The position numbers and the translations under genes were made by a program. A stretch of DNA of 63,724 nt, filler included, from Conidiobolus incongruus B7586 (lineage: Eukaryota): NCBI GenBank assembly GCA_000697335.1. It is 21 parts of 21 records of this genome, joined end to end, with 100 filler letters (N's around TTAATTAATTAA, not from the genome) between each part and the next. Parts side by side here need not be neighbours in the genome. Positions count along the whole stretch, not along the records: positions 12,172 to 13,800 come from JNEM01005188.1; positions 13,901 to 15,249 come from JNEM01005189.1; positions 15,350 to 16,781 come from JNEM01005190.1; positions 16,882 to 20,478 come from JNEM01005192.1; positions 20,579 to 21,802 come from JNEM01005193.1; positions 21,903 to 28,908 come from JNEM01005195.1; 15 more parts are not named here. One strand, given 5' to 3'. How positions within the stretch are numbered: the first letter of the stretch is position 1; each line of letters opens with the position of its first letter. The notes beneath the pieces are model-generated. The model had not been told where the DNA came from. It saw nothing but the letters and a program-made list of their open reading frames with translations, and searched no databases. Positions 12,591 to 25,911 of this stretch are shown here, piece after piece.

Positions 12591-13800
12591 TGTTACTTTA
12601 TTTTAATAATAATAGGAATTTTTTGCAATTAAAAATAAATAAAAATTTTATTATATAATATATAAAAATAAATATATAATATTAATTCAATAGTTTGTTT
12701 TATTATTAATAACTTTTTTCTATACTTTTAATAAACTTTTAACACTTAAAAAACAGTTCATTTTATTAAAGATTGAAATTTAATATTTCATAAACTAATT
12801 AAATTTTTTTGCAAAAATTTTCTTTCCTGTAAGTTAGTTTTTTAATTACTTAAAGCAATGATAATAACATAGGTTATAATCTAAAAAATATACTAAATGT
12901 GGTAATTTTTTCTAGTATTTTTTAATTAGAAATTTTTTATAGCTTTTGATTTATATATTTTATAATTATTATATAAAATAATAGGTTTTTTAAATTATAT
13001 TAAAAACACTAATTAAGGATATTTTTATTTAAAAAAACAATATAAAGTTTACTATTAATTGATTTTCCTTTAAAAACCAAATAATAGTAGCATATTTCAT
13101 TATAATTCATTATAATTTTTAAATTTTATTTATTAACAAAACTCTTATTTAAAAAAATTTATAAAAAAGTTGATTTAGTTTAATTTAATATCTTGATTTG
13201 TGTTTTAATAAATGATTATATATAAAAATTTGAGATTCATCAACTATAATTATTTGCTATAAAAATTTAAGCTTCTAATAATATTTTAATAGGTTTTATT
13301 TAATAATAGCTATTCTAACTTATTTTTAAGCTTTAGTTAAATTATAAAGTACTTATTTTATATTTTTATTTAATAATTTGAGTTTAAACTTTAATATATA
13401 TAAAATACTTGTAAAACTAATATTAAAGTACTTAGATAATTCTTCAACTGAAACAAAAAGGTATATTTTAATATATTTTTTTATTCTATTACTAATTGAC
13501 AAAATAAGAGTTAAAGTTAGATTTTTAAATTTTAACAGGTTTTAGATAGTTTCTTTTATAGCTTTAAAGTAATTTACCCAGCAATAAATTGTTAATTTAG
13601 ATAATTCTTAATTACTAAAAGCTGCTTGTAAATTTTAAATAGTTTTAGAGAGCTTATGTTTAAGTTTTACTAATACTAAAATAAAAGACTTTTAATGATT
13701 ACTATTTAGTTTAAGTATGATTAAATTAAACAATCAATTTTAAAAAGTTAATTTTTAATTAAAAAAATTATTATATATATATATATATTAAAAATATATA
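12591..13800 (-). mobile_element. Degraded mariner copy, family B
   Basis: TIR-like start (AATAATAGGAATTTTTTGCAATT), reverse-complement colinearity with 9950-11145, and GATTCATCAA (DE motif) at 13234. Confidence 0.85.
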
Positions 13801-15378
13801 NNNNNNNNNNNNNNNNNNNNNNNNNNNNNNNNNNNNNNNNNNNNTTAATTAATTAANNNNNNNNNNNNNNNNNNNNNNNNNNNNNNNNNNNNNNNNNNNN
13901 ATATATTATAATATTAAATAAATTTGAAAAAATTATCAATTTATAGTATCGATTTTATGATTTATTTGGATTTATATTCAAAATAACTATATCACCAAAT
14001 AATTTCAAATTTATATAATGTTAATTAATTATTATTCCTTTTTAAATATAAAAATATATAATTTAATAATTTTTATTATTCATTATAAAAATAACAAAAT
14101 ATTAAAAATATGGCATAAATCATATTATTATATTAACTATTCTGAACAAAGATTATTATATTCAAATTTATCAAACTAATTTATATATTTAAAATAAAAT
14201 CTATATTAAAAATACATTTTCTAGTTTGTATTTTTATATTATTTGAATTTAATGAAATTAAATAAAAGGATTCACTCAAATTATTAAGATCGAATTATAA
14301 TAATTTTATTAATCAAATATTTGAATCTCTTTAATATTTTAATTAATCATTTAAAAGTGAAAAAATTGGAATGTGTTGAAACTTAATTATTTCAATACAA
14401 CATTACTCTATTTATTTGAATAATAAGAATATTAATTTTTAATCAGATGTAATAAAATAAAATAAATTAATTATATATATATTTGATGTGTAAAAATATA
14501 AAATAATTTGGATTTTAATTTAAAATCATAAATTGAAATATCAATGATATCAAATTAAATTATTTTATAATTAATTTGGCAAGTGTATTTAAATTTTCAA
14601 CTTATATATACTATAATAACAATTTTTTGAGTATTAAGGATAAAATATTATTTGAAATGATATTAAAAAATATACTACTTAATTAAAGGTAAAATTATTA
14701 TTTTTTATCAAATTTTGGGCAATATAGGATATCTTAGTTATAATAAATAAATTAGATTTATTGAATTATTAGTAATTGAAAGGAATAAGGAGTTTATTGG
14801 TATTAGACTATTAGTTGGCAGGACTTAAATCAATCATATTATTCTCAATATATCTCTATTCTATAAAATAACTAATAAAGAATATAATAACATGAATTAA
14901 TTAATTTTCTAATGGTTTCTATTTCATTTTATATATTTCAAATAAATAGATTAATAATATAAAAGGGAATTACCATTAAATTAAGTTGTAAAAAATATTA
15001 AATCAATAATACACAAATATTTGATATTAATATAAAATATATAACAAAATCTATATTAAAGAGAACTAAAAAAAAAATCAATTATTCAAAATGAAAATTT
15101 TATATATCTTTCTTATAGAGTAAGGAGATAAAAAATATCTGTAAAAATATTACATAATGAAATTCACATATATCATTAAATTTAATCAAATACAATATAT
15201 ATAAATTCTAATTAAATAAATATTATTATAAAAATTTTTATGAATACTTNNNNNNNNNNNNNNNNNNNNNNNNNNNNNNNNNNNNNNNNNNNNTTAATTA
15301 ATTAANNNNNNNNNNNNNNNNNNNNNNNNNNNNNNNNNNNNNNNNNNNNACTGTTTATAATTGATATATATATATATA

Positions 15379-16781
15379 TACTAGCTTATAAAAATAAGTC
15401 ATAGAATTAAAAATATTAATATTTTTATTAATATCTTAATCAATTTTAACTTAAATAAATTATATTAAACTATATAATTAATATATATCTTTTTTTTATA
15501 ATATAATATATAAGTTAAATTTAATTAATCATTAATTGATATATTAAAACTAAAAATATATTTAAGATAAGTTATAAATTTGTGGGTTTTAATATTGATA
15601 GAAAAATTAATATCTAATATATCTATCTTTTGCTTTTCTAACTTCTTTAAGTTTATAGGATATAAAATTAACTTACTTCTTATATTAAATAAAAATAATA
15701 TTATTTTTAAGTTTTTTGAATATATATTTAAAGTTAATTTAAATTTTTTGCTAAAGGGAAAGTTTTAATTGATTTTTTTAGTTAATTTTAAAGATATTTA
15801 ATTAAGTTAAAATTAAGTGATTAAAAAGATTAATTTATAATAATTATTTTGTTATTTTTAAGCTATTTAATAGTTAAATTTATAATATAGCAAGGAGTAT
15901 TATCTTGTTAGAAAATAATGTTTGATTTATTTAATATATATTACTTAATAGTTTTTTTTAATTTATAGTTTAAAATATTTTGATATATCTAAATATTAAT
16001 TCCCTTATTAACCTTAAAAAGATATCTTATATTTAAAGATAACATATATCCTTATATTATAATTAACCTATTATTGTATTTTTAGGTTATAATAACTTAA
16101 TAGTTATAAAGTAATTTTTTATTTTTTTTTGATATATCTAATTTTTCTATTAAATTTATTAAAATATATCTTTATTGTATTAAATTAAATAACCTTATTT
16201 TAGTTAGTTTTAATTTAACTTTAATATTAATATTTAAACTCTTATTTAGCTTTATAATGGAATTTTTTTAATTAAGGGTGTTCTTTCTTAAGTTATAAGT
16301 AATATCTATTCTAATATAAAATATATATCATAGTATTAATATTAATTAATATTCTTATATAGTTTTATAATTCTTGTTATATATTTATAATATTATTATT
16401 CTTACCTTTACTAATTAATTTATAAATATATTTTCATCATATTTATCTATAATTTTAACATACTTAAGTTTAAATTTAAGTGTTTTTTAACATTTTTCTT
16501 AATAACCCTAGTTATTATAGATTAGCTAACACTAGTAATTCTAATAATCTTATAAGTTGATTTATTTTTATTATAAAGTTAATTAATATATAAGTAAACT
16601 TTTTTAGAGAAAGATTTAAGTATTATAATATTAACTTTAAGATATTAGCTTAAAAGTTTTATTATATATAAGATATAATAATAAAAAGATATATAAATTT
16701 TGTTATTTATATCCTTTTAACTTATAAGCCTATAAATTTATAACTCATCTTAATTAAATAATAGGTTTTGATATATTAACC
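15379..16781 (-). mobile_element. Degraded Tc1 copy, family A, near full length
   Basis: Begins after a (TA)n run with TACTAGCTTATAAAAATAAGTCATAG and is reverse-complement colinear with 29180-30576. Confidence 0.88.
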
Positions 16782-18282
16782 NNNNNNNNNNNNNNNNNNN
16801 NNNNNNNNNNNNNNNNNNNNNNNNNTTAATTAATTAANNNNNNNNNNNNNNNNNNNNNNNNNNNNNNNNNNNNNNNNNNNNTTTTAATATCATGATATTT
16901 TTTTAACTTATTATTTAATTCTATATAATACCTTGATTTTTTGAACAAATATAAGATTAATATTTAATTTATTAGAATATTCTTGATAAATAATTATATA
17001 ATTTATTTATGTTTTTATTTTTTTATTATATTTCATTAATAAAGCAATTTAATAATATTTTTTGATAATTAATATTAAAATAATATTCTATAGTTTATAT
17101 GGAAAATTATTTTTATATTATTTATAAATTCTAATTAATTTATATTTTAATAAATTTTGCTTTAAATTAAAAGCTTAAATATAGTTTCTTATATGATATA
17201 ACATATTAAAATTATTATATTATTAATTATATAATTAATATTAGTTAATTTATTTTCTTATTCTTTAATATTTAATAAAAACTTAATTCATTTATAATTT
17301 AAATATAGATATTATAAAAAACCTAATCACTTTTATTTATTAAATAAAACGGATTTAATTTAACTTATTGAAAATTTTGTGTAAAAGGAAAATTTTAAAG
17401 AAATATAAGAAAAACCTTAATATTCATTTTAGAATTTGGTTGTTTATTTTGATTATCAAAAGTTTTGTTATTTTTATTCTTATAAATATTTTAATTATAT
17501 TTTAATTATAAATTAAAAATATAAAAATTGTTTTTTAAAAAATTTAGTAAAATTTTAATAAAATTAATTTATTATAATTTTATTAATTTGTTTTTTACTA
17601 ATTAAAATGAAAAGAATTCTAATCCTAATATCAGTTTAAAAATTACTGATTAGTTTTAATTTTAAATTCAAAATAAACTTATTATATTCTATAAATATTA
17701 TTATTATTATTAATAAATTATTATTTAATATTAAAAATTAGGTAATAAATTAATTATTATATTCATATAATATATCAAAAAAAATTAAATCATAGAGTAG
17801 ATTGCTTATAATTTATAAAAATTCATATTGTTATTAATTAAAAATTATATATATTTGATATTATTTTAATTTCTGACTTAATTATTAATTAATAAATAAT
17901 AATTTAAAAATTCAAGTAATTAATTTATAATAAAAAAATATTTTAATTATAGTATTTTTAATTAAAGTTATATTTCCAAGGTAATTCATGGATGGCTTAT
18001 CTTTTAAAGGATTAAAGTTTATTAATATTGAGATAATGTCTATATATGACTAATAAGGCTTTATAATATTTAGGTTAATCAAAAATAATGAAAATATTTA
18101 ATAACTTCATAGAATTGGCTTAATTTTCAAAATATTTACCTGTAACATTTATTAATCAAGTAATTTTTATCAGCTAATTCAAGTTTTTATATAACAAATA
18201 TCAATATAATAAATATTAAAGTTTTGTTTTATTCATTTTATATAAAAAGAATTGAAATTGATAATAAAAATAATAGAATAGA

Positions 18283-19402
18283 TTAGTTATGAACTAATAA
18301 AACTTTGCCTCCTCTTCCAGGTTTCAAGGACTGATTGATTGCATCAGAGACCTTTTTTAATGGAAATCTAGTACCAGTGAATGGTTCATTTCCATTTCCC
18401 AAAAGTTCAAATACTTTAGTCAAAACCTCGTTGAACTTAGCTTTACCAATTTCTCTGACATATTTAATTAGCCAGAATCCAGTGTAGTTAACATGTCTAA
18501 ATAATAAATCTGTAGCATTCACATTCACTTGTAGTCCTCCCAATACTCCGTATAATAGAATTAATCCATCATCTCTCACTGCTTGAGATAGTTTCAAACC
18601 TAACTCTCCTCCAACAGCATCCACCGCCCCATAAGCGAGCTTTCCATTGGTAATTCTTTTGATTTCTTCGACAATATCTGTTCCATCTTCGGTATTTAAA
18701 ACCTCATCAGCTCCCATTGCCTTGAGTTCTTCAATCTGCTCTTGACGTCTTACCAAGTTAATAGTCTTGACTCCTCTAATCTTTGCAAATTGGATCAAAA
18801 TTCGCCCTAACACAGATCCTGCAGCAGTCTGTATAATGTATTCTCCTCTAGGAACATCGAGTTTATCTAACATCGTATAAACCGTGACAGGATTAATGAT
18901 AGCTTGAGCAGCAGTTTCATCGGATACATTATCGGGAACAACGAATAAATTATCTTCATTGTAAATAGCATAGTCAGTCCAAGTACCCACTTTGGTAATT
19001 CCACCATGAAGCTTTCCTGGCACGATCACGACTCTTTGGCCAACCTTGACTATAATCATACACTGTTAACATCATCATATTATCAGTTATCAAATTTTAT
19101 ATACCCGATGTAACTGATTTTCCAATTTCCATAACTTTTGCAACACCTTCTAACTGTTAAAAATATTAATATCAACTACAAAATTTTGATCAAATGTTGC
19201 TTACCCCAGGAATTGCAGGATAAGAATCTGGCTGGAAGCCCTTGTAAGTACCAGTGATGCTAAGCACATCTGATGGGTTGACAGGGTTTAATAAAAATTT
19301 GACCAAGACTTGATCGTCTCTAGTGATTGTGGGCTTAGGAACTTCAACCGCTCTGACATTTTCAAAGCTATCACCTTGGTTAAACTGAATTTGCAAAGGC
19401 AT
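18283..19402 (-). CDS. Zinc-independent MDR family NADPH oxidoreductase (2-enoyl thioester reductase/quinone reductase-like), 3 exons, 337 aa
   Basis: Exons 19402-19205, 19153-19105 and 19049-18283. Introns 19204-19154 (GTAAGC..AACAG, 51 nt) and 19104-19050 (GTATAT..TATAG, 55 nt). Splicing restores PVNPSD..GTY..PAIPGLEGVAKVMEIGKSVTSVKVGQRV; also INPVT and QTAAGSVLG. The model merges two ORF-track entries. Confidence 0.92.
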
Positions 19403-19452
19403 TGCTTTTTGAATAGTTTTTAATAATAAACAAAGCAATTCTTGTTAAATAA

Positions 19453-19460
19453 TTTATATA
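19453..19460 (-). promoter_or_regulatory. TATA box of MDR gene
   Basis: TATATAAA on the minus strand ~50 nt upstream of ATG 19402. Confidence 0.5.
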
Positions 19461-20129
19461 GTAACTACTTTTAAAAATGATTCAATGTCGTCATTTATCA
19501 CAGTTTGACGATTCTTCAAAATATGGCTTAATTTAATATGTATTACTAATCAATTCAAATTAACTTTAATTTTGAATTGTATGGAGCTTGTCAAAATTAC
19601 TAATTATAACAATATGTCGTAACACAGTAAAACAATTCTAAGATGACAAGTGGAAATATCTAACAAAAGATAGTTATTTTCAGTAGAGTCACTTTAATGT
19701 TTTCATCTTTTTCAATATAATTCATTAATTTTCGCATGTTGGTTTGAAATTTTCGAAAATTTTGATTACATGAGTTTTGTAATAATTTGAAAAATTTATA
19801 AATTCAAATCTCAATTATATATATTCTAAAATTTGAGTATAATCTATTACATCAATCAATATACGCTAATAGTATATATAGTTATATAATAATGAAATCA
19901 ATTTTCACTTACACAATTATATAATGATATATGTTTTCGTGTTTTTATTTTGTTATATAATTGCTATTTTAGGGTTTGTAAATTTTATCATAGATTTGAG
20001 TATTCTAATATCATATAATATTTGATGTTAAATATTAATTTATACTAAGTATTAAAATCACTCTGTTTTAATATTTGTAGAATAATTAATTTAGTATATG
20101 TTTCAATTTTTGAAATTTTGCTATTTATT

Positions 20130-20478
20130 TAATTGTATTTAAAATAATTTCGTATTTGATCCTTATTAAATTTTATTATAAAAATTAAATAATAACAAAG
20201 TTTTAAAATATAATATAATTTTAATATAATATCTAGAATATGAACTAATAATATAATATTAGTAAACTATTTCTTTAATAATTTTTTCTTATATTTTTGG
20301 TAAAGTTTTAACCTTTGAAAGAATTCTGATTATTAATGATTGAAATTTGATATTTCATAAATTAATCAAATTTGTTTATAAAACGATCCTATATTTATAT
20401 TATTAATTATTTAAAAAATATATATAAGTTATAATCAAATTAATATATTGAATATAGAAATATCTTTTCAATTATTTA
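20130..20478 (-). mobile_element. Mariner fragment (3' end), family B
   Basis: TTTTTGGTAAAGTTTTAACCTTTGAAAG...GAAATTTGATATTTCATAAATTAATCAAATT matches 62225-62305. Confidence 0.55.
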
Positions 20479-20578
20479 NNNNNNNNNNNNNNNNNNNNNN
20501 NNNNNNNNNNNNNNNNNNNNNNTTAATTAATTAANNNNNNNNNNNNNNNNNNNNNNNNNNNNNNNNNNNNNNNNNNNN

Positions 20579-21575
20579 TAACAAAAACTATAAAACTATA
20601 CAAGAATATTAGTTAATATTAATACTATTATATATATTTTATTTTAATATAGATACCATTTATATCTTAAGAAAACAAACCTCAATTAAAAAAATTATAT
20701 TATAAAATTATATGGGTGTTTAAATATTATTATTAATATTAAATTAAAACTAATTAGAGTAAGGTAATTTAATTTAATCAAACAAAAATATATTTTAGTA
20801 AATTTAATAAAAAAATTATATATTTTGAAAAGAATATATAAAACTTTATAACTATCATATTAATTTAACATGAAAGTATTATAATAGGTTAATTATTATT
20901 TAAGGATATAAGTTGTTTTTATATATAAAATATTTTTATAAAGTTAATAGGGGAATTAATATTAAAATATATTGAAGTATTCTAAATAATAAATCAAAAA
21001 AACTGTTAAATCATATAAGTTAATTAAATCTAATATTATTCTCTAGTAAGAAAATACTTTTTATTATATTATAACTTTTATTACTAAATGGCTTAAGAAT
21101 AATAAGATAATAATTATAAAGTAGGTTTTTTAATCTTTTAATTTTAATCTAATTAAACACCTTTAGGATTAATTCAAAAAAGTTATTAAAACTTTCTTTT
21201 TAACAAAAGATTTAAATTAATTTAAAAAATATATTTAAGAAATATAAAATAAAATTAACTTTTATTAATATAAAAAATTAGTTGATTCTATTCCTTATAA
21301 ACTTAAAGAAGTTAAATAAGCTAAAGATAGATATATTAAGTTTTAATTTTTTTTATTATCAAAAACTTATAGATTTATAACTTATCTTAAGTAAAATTTA
21401 AGGGTTGATATCTTAACCAATTAATAATTGAATATTACCATTTAATGGTTTTTATTATTAATAAATATATGTAATTTTAGTTATTTAATTTTGGTTTATT
21501 ATATTTAATATTAATTAAATTATTAATAAAAATATAAGTGTTTTTGATTTTATGACTTATTTTTGTAGATTAGTG
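20579..21575 (+). mobile_element. Degraded Tc1 copy, family A, right two-thirds
   Basis: Colinear with 29580-30400. Ends in a well-preserved terminal repeat TTTTGATTTTATGACTTATTTTTGTAGATTAGTG followed by TA. Confidence 0.85.
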
Positions 21576-21939
21576 TATATCAATAATTTTTTAAAAATAG
21601 GCTATTAAAATATTATATTTATTCATTAATTTATTTGTTATTTTTTTTATTATAATATTTTATAATTAAATTAAAAACAAACATATTTATTATATTTAGC
21701 AAATATTTAAAAAATAATATATAAGTTAAATTAAAGGAAAATAAATCTTACACAAAATTAATAATCTTTGTAAATTATTATATAATAAATAGAAAAATAT
21801 TANNNNNNNNNNNNNNNNNNNNNNNNNNNNNNNNNNNNNNNNNNNNTTAATTAATTAANNNNNNNNNNNNNNNNNNNNNNNNNNNNNNNNNNNNNNNNNN
21901 NNTATTTTAAATATTAATATTTATTTATAACAAAATATT

Positions 21940-22510
21940 TATTAATTGGAAAAATACAAAATATTATTTTAATATAATATAACATTTGAGCTTGTTTTAA
22001 TAAAGAATTATACAAAAAGATATATAATTCATTAATTATAATCTTTTATTATAAAAACCTTGGTTTTTGTTTATATATTAGTATATTTTGTTTAATAATA
22101 ACTATTTTAATTTTTTATAAGTTTTAATTAGATTATCAAGTTTTATATTATATTTTATTAATTAATTTAATTATATACTTAAATATATATTATATCTATC
22201 AAATAATATCAAAATTCTATAATAACTCTTCATTTAAAAAAAATGTAATTTTTAATATATTTTTTACTTTTTTAATAATTCTTAAAATAATAAATAAATT
22301 TTTCAAATTTTGATAAGCTTAAATTAATTTCTCTTTTAATTTTAAAATATTTTATTCAGTAATATTTAGTTAATTTAAATAAAACATTATATTTACAAGT
22401 TATTTATATATTTTAAATGAAGTTAAAAGGTTTGTGGTTTAAGTTTAATAATACATAAATAAAAAAACTTTTAATGATCAATTTAATATTAAATATAATT
22501 AAATTAAAAA
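21940..22510 (-). mobile_element. Degraded mariner fragment, family B
   Basis: ATAAAAACCTTGGTTTT and downstream sequence are colinear with 62755-63230. Confidence 0.65.
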
Positions 22511-23935
22511 GTTTCCCATCTTTTCAATTCCGAGGTAGTATTATAAAAACTATTTTAAAATTTTAATTGCTTCTAATGAGATACTAATAATAATTAACTA
22601 ATCAGTTCCTTTTGAAATAAATTGATTTATGATATATTTTAAAAAGGGTCAAACAATAATATTAAATTGTGGTATTGAAATAATAAAAATATCAAGATTA
22701 TAATATATAAAGTAATAGGTATATACTGTTATGATAAAAAGGCAAATAGCATTATATGTATTTAATAATCCTCAAATTCATAAGATCCTTCTCATGGTAA
22801 AGCTACACTAAAGTCTGTCATGGATTTAATAAATTTTAATTAAAATAATTGATTTTATTATATATAAATTTATATATATACTAAAAATTAAAAAAAACTC
22901 AAAATAAATGAAAAAATATTCAATAAATTCATATTTAAAACTTTGCAATATTTAATAGAAAGTAATTGTATAATTAGTTAAATATAGCAGAGGAGTAGAA
23001 ATATAGTTGAATATACATATTTTCCCAATAAATGCTGGCAGAAAAATTCTTTATTATTGAATGTAAAATGAATGATACTAAACTTAGTTATTCAGTAGAG
23101 AGTTTGATATTTATCATCTAAAGGTTAAGAACCACTTTAACAGCAAGACTTTAAGTTAAAATAACCTGGATGTTAATAATATAAAATCTGCCTTGATATT
23201 GTTTCCTTGATTATAAAATAATAAACTCAAAATTGATCAGAAAAATTAATTTCAAACCTGTTAATGCCAAATTTGAGATTTGAAAAATTTTATAATAAAT
23301 TTTAAACTCGAAATTTCTATAATTTATAAAAAACATTGTAATATTTAGAGTTTTTTTGGTTCAATATCGTGTATGGTTAAAATATTTTCAACATTTCATC
23401 ATATAAGTTTAAATCTTGTATCAGTTATATAATATCACTATTTACAAACTAATTTTCATATATTTAGTTCAACAAAATGGCATTGTCCTTGTTTTTAAAA
23501 ATTGTATTGTGATTAAATATACAAATATAATATAACATGATATTTTATCTTCGGTTTTATTTCATGATCTACAATTATATGTATTTATTTAAACTTATTT
23601 TTTAATAAGCAAATGACGAAATAATCTATTCAATTAATTATCAAAAAAATTAGCATAATGATTGGTTTGGAAATAATGACCTAGCTCAACGAATAAAAAT
23701 TAGTATTTTTAAACATATTTTGTCATAAACCTCATGAACCCATAAATTAGAAATTTGAAATTATATTATAATAAAACCACGTCACAACTTATTATTTTCA
23801 TTTGTCTATATCGATATTGGAAAATTATTAGGAATCAATCCACAAATAAAACCATTGTAAAATACCCCATTTCTCAACTTATAGTTGATAATAGGTGAAT
23901 ATTTTGATTAATAATCTTGTTTAATTCAATTTTTA

Positions 23936-25447
23936 ATGAATACTCAAATTAAATTTACATGGGGTAACTTACCTAGATCTATCCTTGATAAAATTATATC
24001 ATATACAAATTATTATTTTCTTCCTAATATTCGAATGGTTAATAAGCATTGGGCGCAATCTGCAAATGAAGAGCTGTTTTATATTATCGATATTCCTAAC
24101 TATGAACATTTCATTGACATCCTTGAAAGATATGGTACAATGATGAATGTATTATCCAATTATAATATGACTGAATCTTTAATCAATTTGAAATTTAATA
24201 ACTGCTCTTATGTTAAAGAAATTTATTGGAATATATCGTCACCCATGAAAGCGACTTTAATGAGAGCTCTATCTGCTGGTGATTTTATTAAATCTATTGA
24301 ATTTATTGGTGGTAGTCCTGATGATGTAATTGGTTTAAACGACTGGAACGACATTATTGAATTGTTACCTACTCTTCCATGTCTTGAGCGTTTATTAGCA
24401 ATGATTGATCCATCTCACAGTTTAAAATTATTTGATATACTGCCGAAATTAGCTCTAAAACGATTTACTATTAGAATTAATCAAGATTCTTTATTTAAGA
24501 CAATGGAAACATATGCCAAAATGCCCTATTTAAAGAGCTTTGAATTACGTATCATGAACGATGATGTTGATGATGAGACATACAATAGAGCTTCGATGCC
24601 CACTCCCAATACTTTACTTATCCACAAATCATTAGAGCATATTCGTCTTGTTGTGTGGAATTATGACGATGATCAAGGTCCCATTGAACCTTATTTAGCC
24701 TCCGAGTTCATCAAATTTTTTACTAATCCGAATTTCATTTACTTAAAGAGCTTAGAATGGGAATTTAGGTATTCTTCTAATCAATCAAAATGCCAACTAT
24801 TCAATGAACCACTGGATACCCACACTCAAAAATGGACCAAATTAACTACACTTCAACTTTCCATGATTGATCAACATTTAATTACTTATATTGTCCAACA
24901 CTGTCCTAATTTGAGCGAAATGGTCTTTGAATCAGCTCTTATCCTTCCATATCATTCAGATCCAATGACTTTACCTCCTCTTAAATGCCTCACCAAATTG
25001 AAATTCGGAGGATTTCACCCTAATCTTATTGATCATATTCAAACTGTGCGCCATCTCTTCCCTAATGTTGTCACCTTAAACTGTGGAGAAATCAGTCGAC
25101 TGGCGCAGCAAGTGACCAATAATGCATCTCTCATTCCTCAATTATTTCCCCATTTAAAATTCATGATATTTGAATCTGAAGAATATGACTGGGACTCTTT
25201 GATATTTGATTATGAAAATCCAATCCTATGGGAAGAACTGTATACTATGATAGATGATAACAATGAAGGACTGTATAATGATTTGATTGCAAAATTACCA
25301 AATTTAAAGCATCTTTATATTGATCATGCAACTGAAGATTTATTCGAATATGAATTACTCTTTGATATTAAGGATATCGGTATATATTATGCACATTTAC
25401 CTTTCGAGAGTCCTTTTCATTATTTTATAGAAAAGAAACTTCAATAA
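23936..25447 (+). CDS. F-box domain / RNI-like leucine-rich repeat protein
   Basis: 503-aa intronless ORF with N-terminal F-box-like WGNLPRSILDKIISY...IRMVNKHW and degenerate LRRs (LPCLERL, MPYLKSFEL, HCPNLSEM, LFPHLKFM, LPNLKHLYI). Confidence 0.8.
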   Translation: MNTQIKFTWGNLPRSILDKIISYTNYYFLPNIRMVNKHWAQSANEELFYIIDIPNYEHFIDILERYGTMMNVLSNYNMTESLINLKFNNCSYVKEIYWNISSPMKATLMRALSAGDFIKSIEFIGGSPDDVIGLNDWNDIIELLPTLPCLERLLAMIDPSHSLKLFDILPKLALKRFTIRINQDSLFKTMETYAKMPYLKSFELRIMNDDVDDETYNRASMPTPNTLLIHKSLEHIRLVVWNYDDDQGPIEPYLASEFIKFFTNPNFIYLKSLEWEFRYSSNQSKCQLFNEPLDTHTQKWTKLTTLQLSMIDQHLITYIVQHCPNLSEMVFESALILPYHSDPMTLPPLKCLTKLKFGGFHPNLIDHIQTVRHLFPNVVTLNCGEISRLAQQVTNNASLIPQLFPHLKFMIFESEEYDWDSLIFDYENPILWEELYTMIDDNNEGLYNDLIAKLPNLKHLYIDHATEDLFEYELLFDIKDIGIYYAHLPFESPFHYFIEKKLQ

Positions 25448-25911
25448 ATGATTTTTACGTTTACTATTACTCAAAATTATTATTAATTAAAATACATTCA
25501 AAGCGACTCAAACTCTAAAATTATTGTTAAGAAAATGCTGTAATTGTCCTCAATTTTTATACTTTTATTATAATCATAAATACTAATTATTAAAATATAT
25601 TTTTTGTTATATTAATCTAATTTTCTTATTAATAAACAAAACATCAAAAATTTCAACTATATCAAATAGTATTAATAATTATAATTGGTTTAAAAGTTGG
25701 TAATGGATCGATTTTAGTTCAGATTTTTGTTATTGAAATAAGGTACCATAATCAATATGCATATAAATTGTGATATATATTCAATTTTATTTAATTAATG
25801 CAAAATAAGGTTTTTATCACAGAACCATTACCCATTAGTAATTACTGTCTTTAAATAAATAATAATATCATCTCTATTTAGAGCAAAATCAAAACTCATC
25901 TTACTGTAACA

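Noticed and set aside
15580..15768. 62-aa ORF
   Set aside because: Chance I/K/F/N-rich frame antisense to a decayed Tc1.
19403..19438. ORF-track N-terminal extension MLCLLLKTIQKA
   Set aside because: It begins at a non-ATG codon just downstream of the TATA box. ATG 19402 gives a normal-length MDR protein.
22520..23270. Slightly GC-richer patch upstream of the F-box gene as a hidden gene
   Set aside because: No sustained frame or recognisable motif in the frames read.
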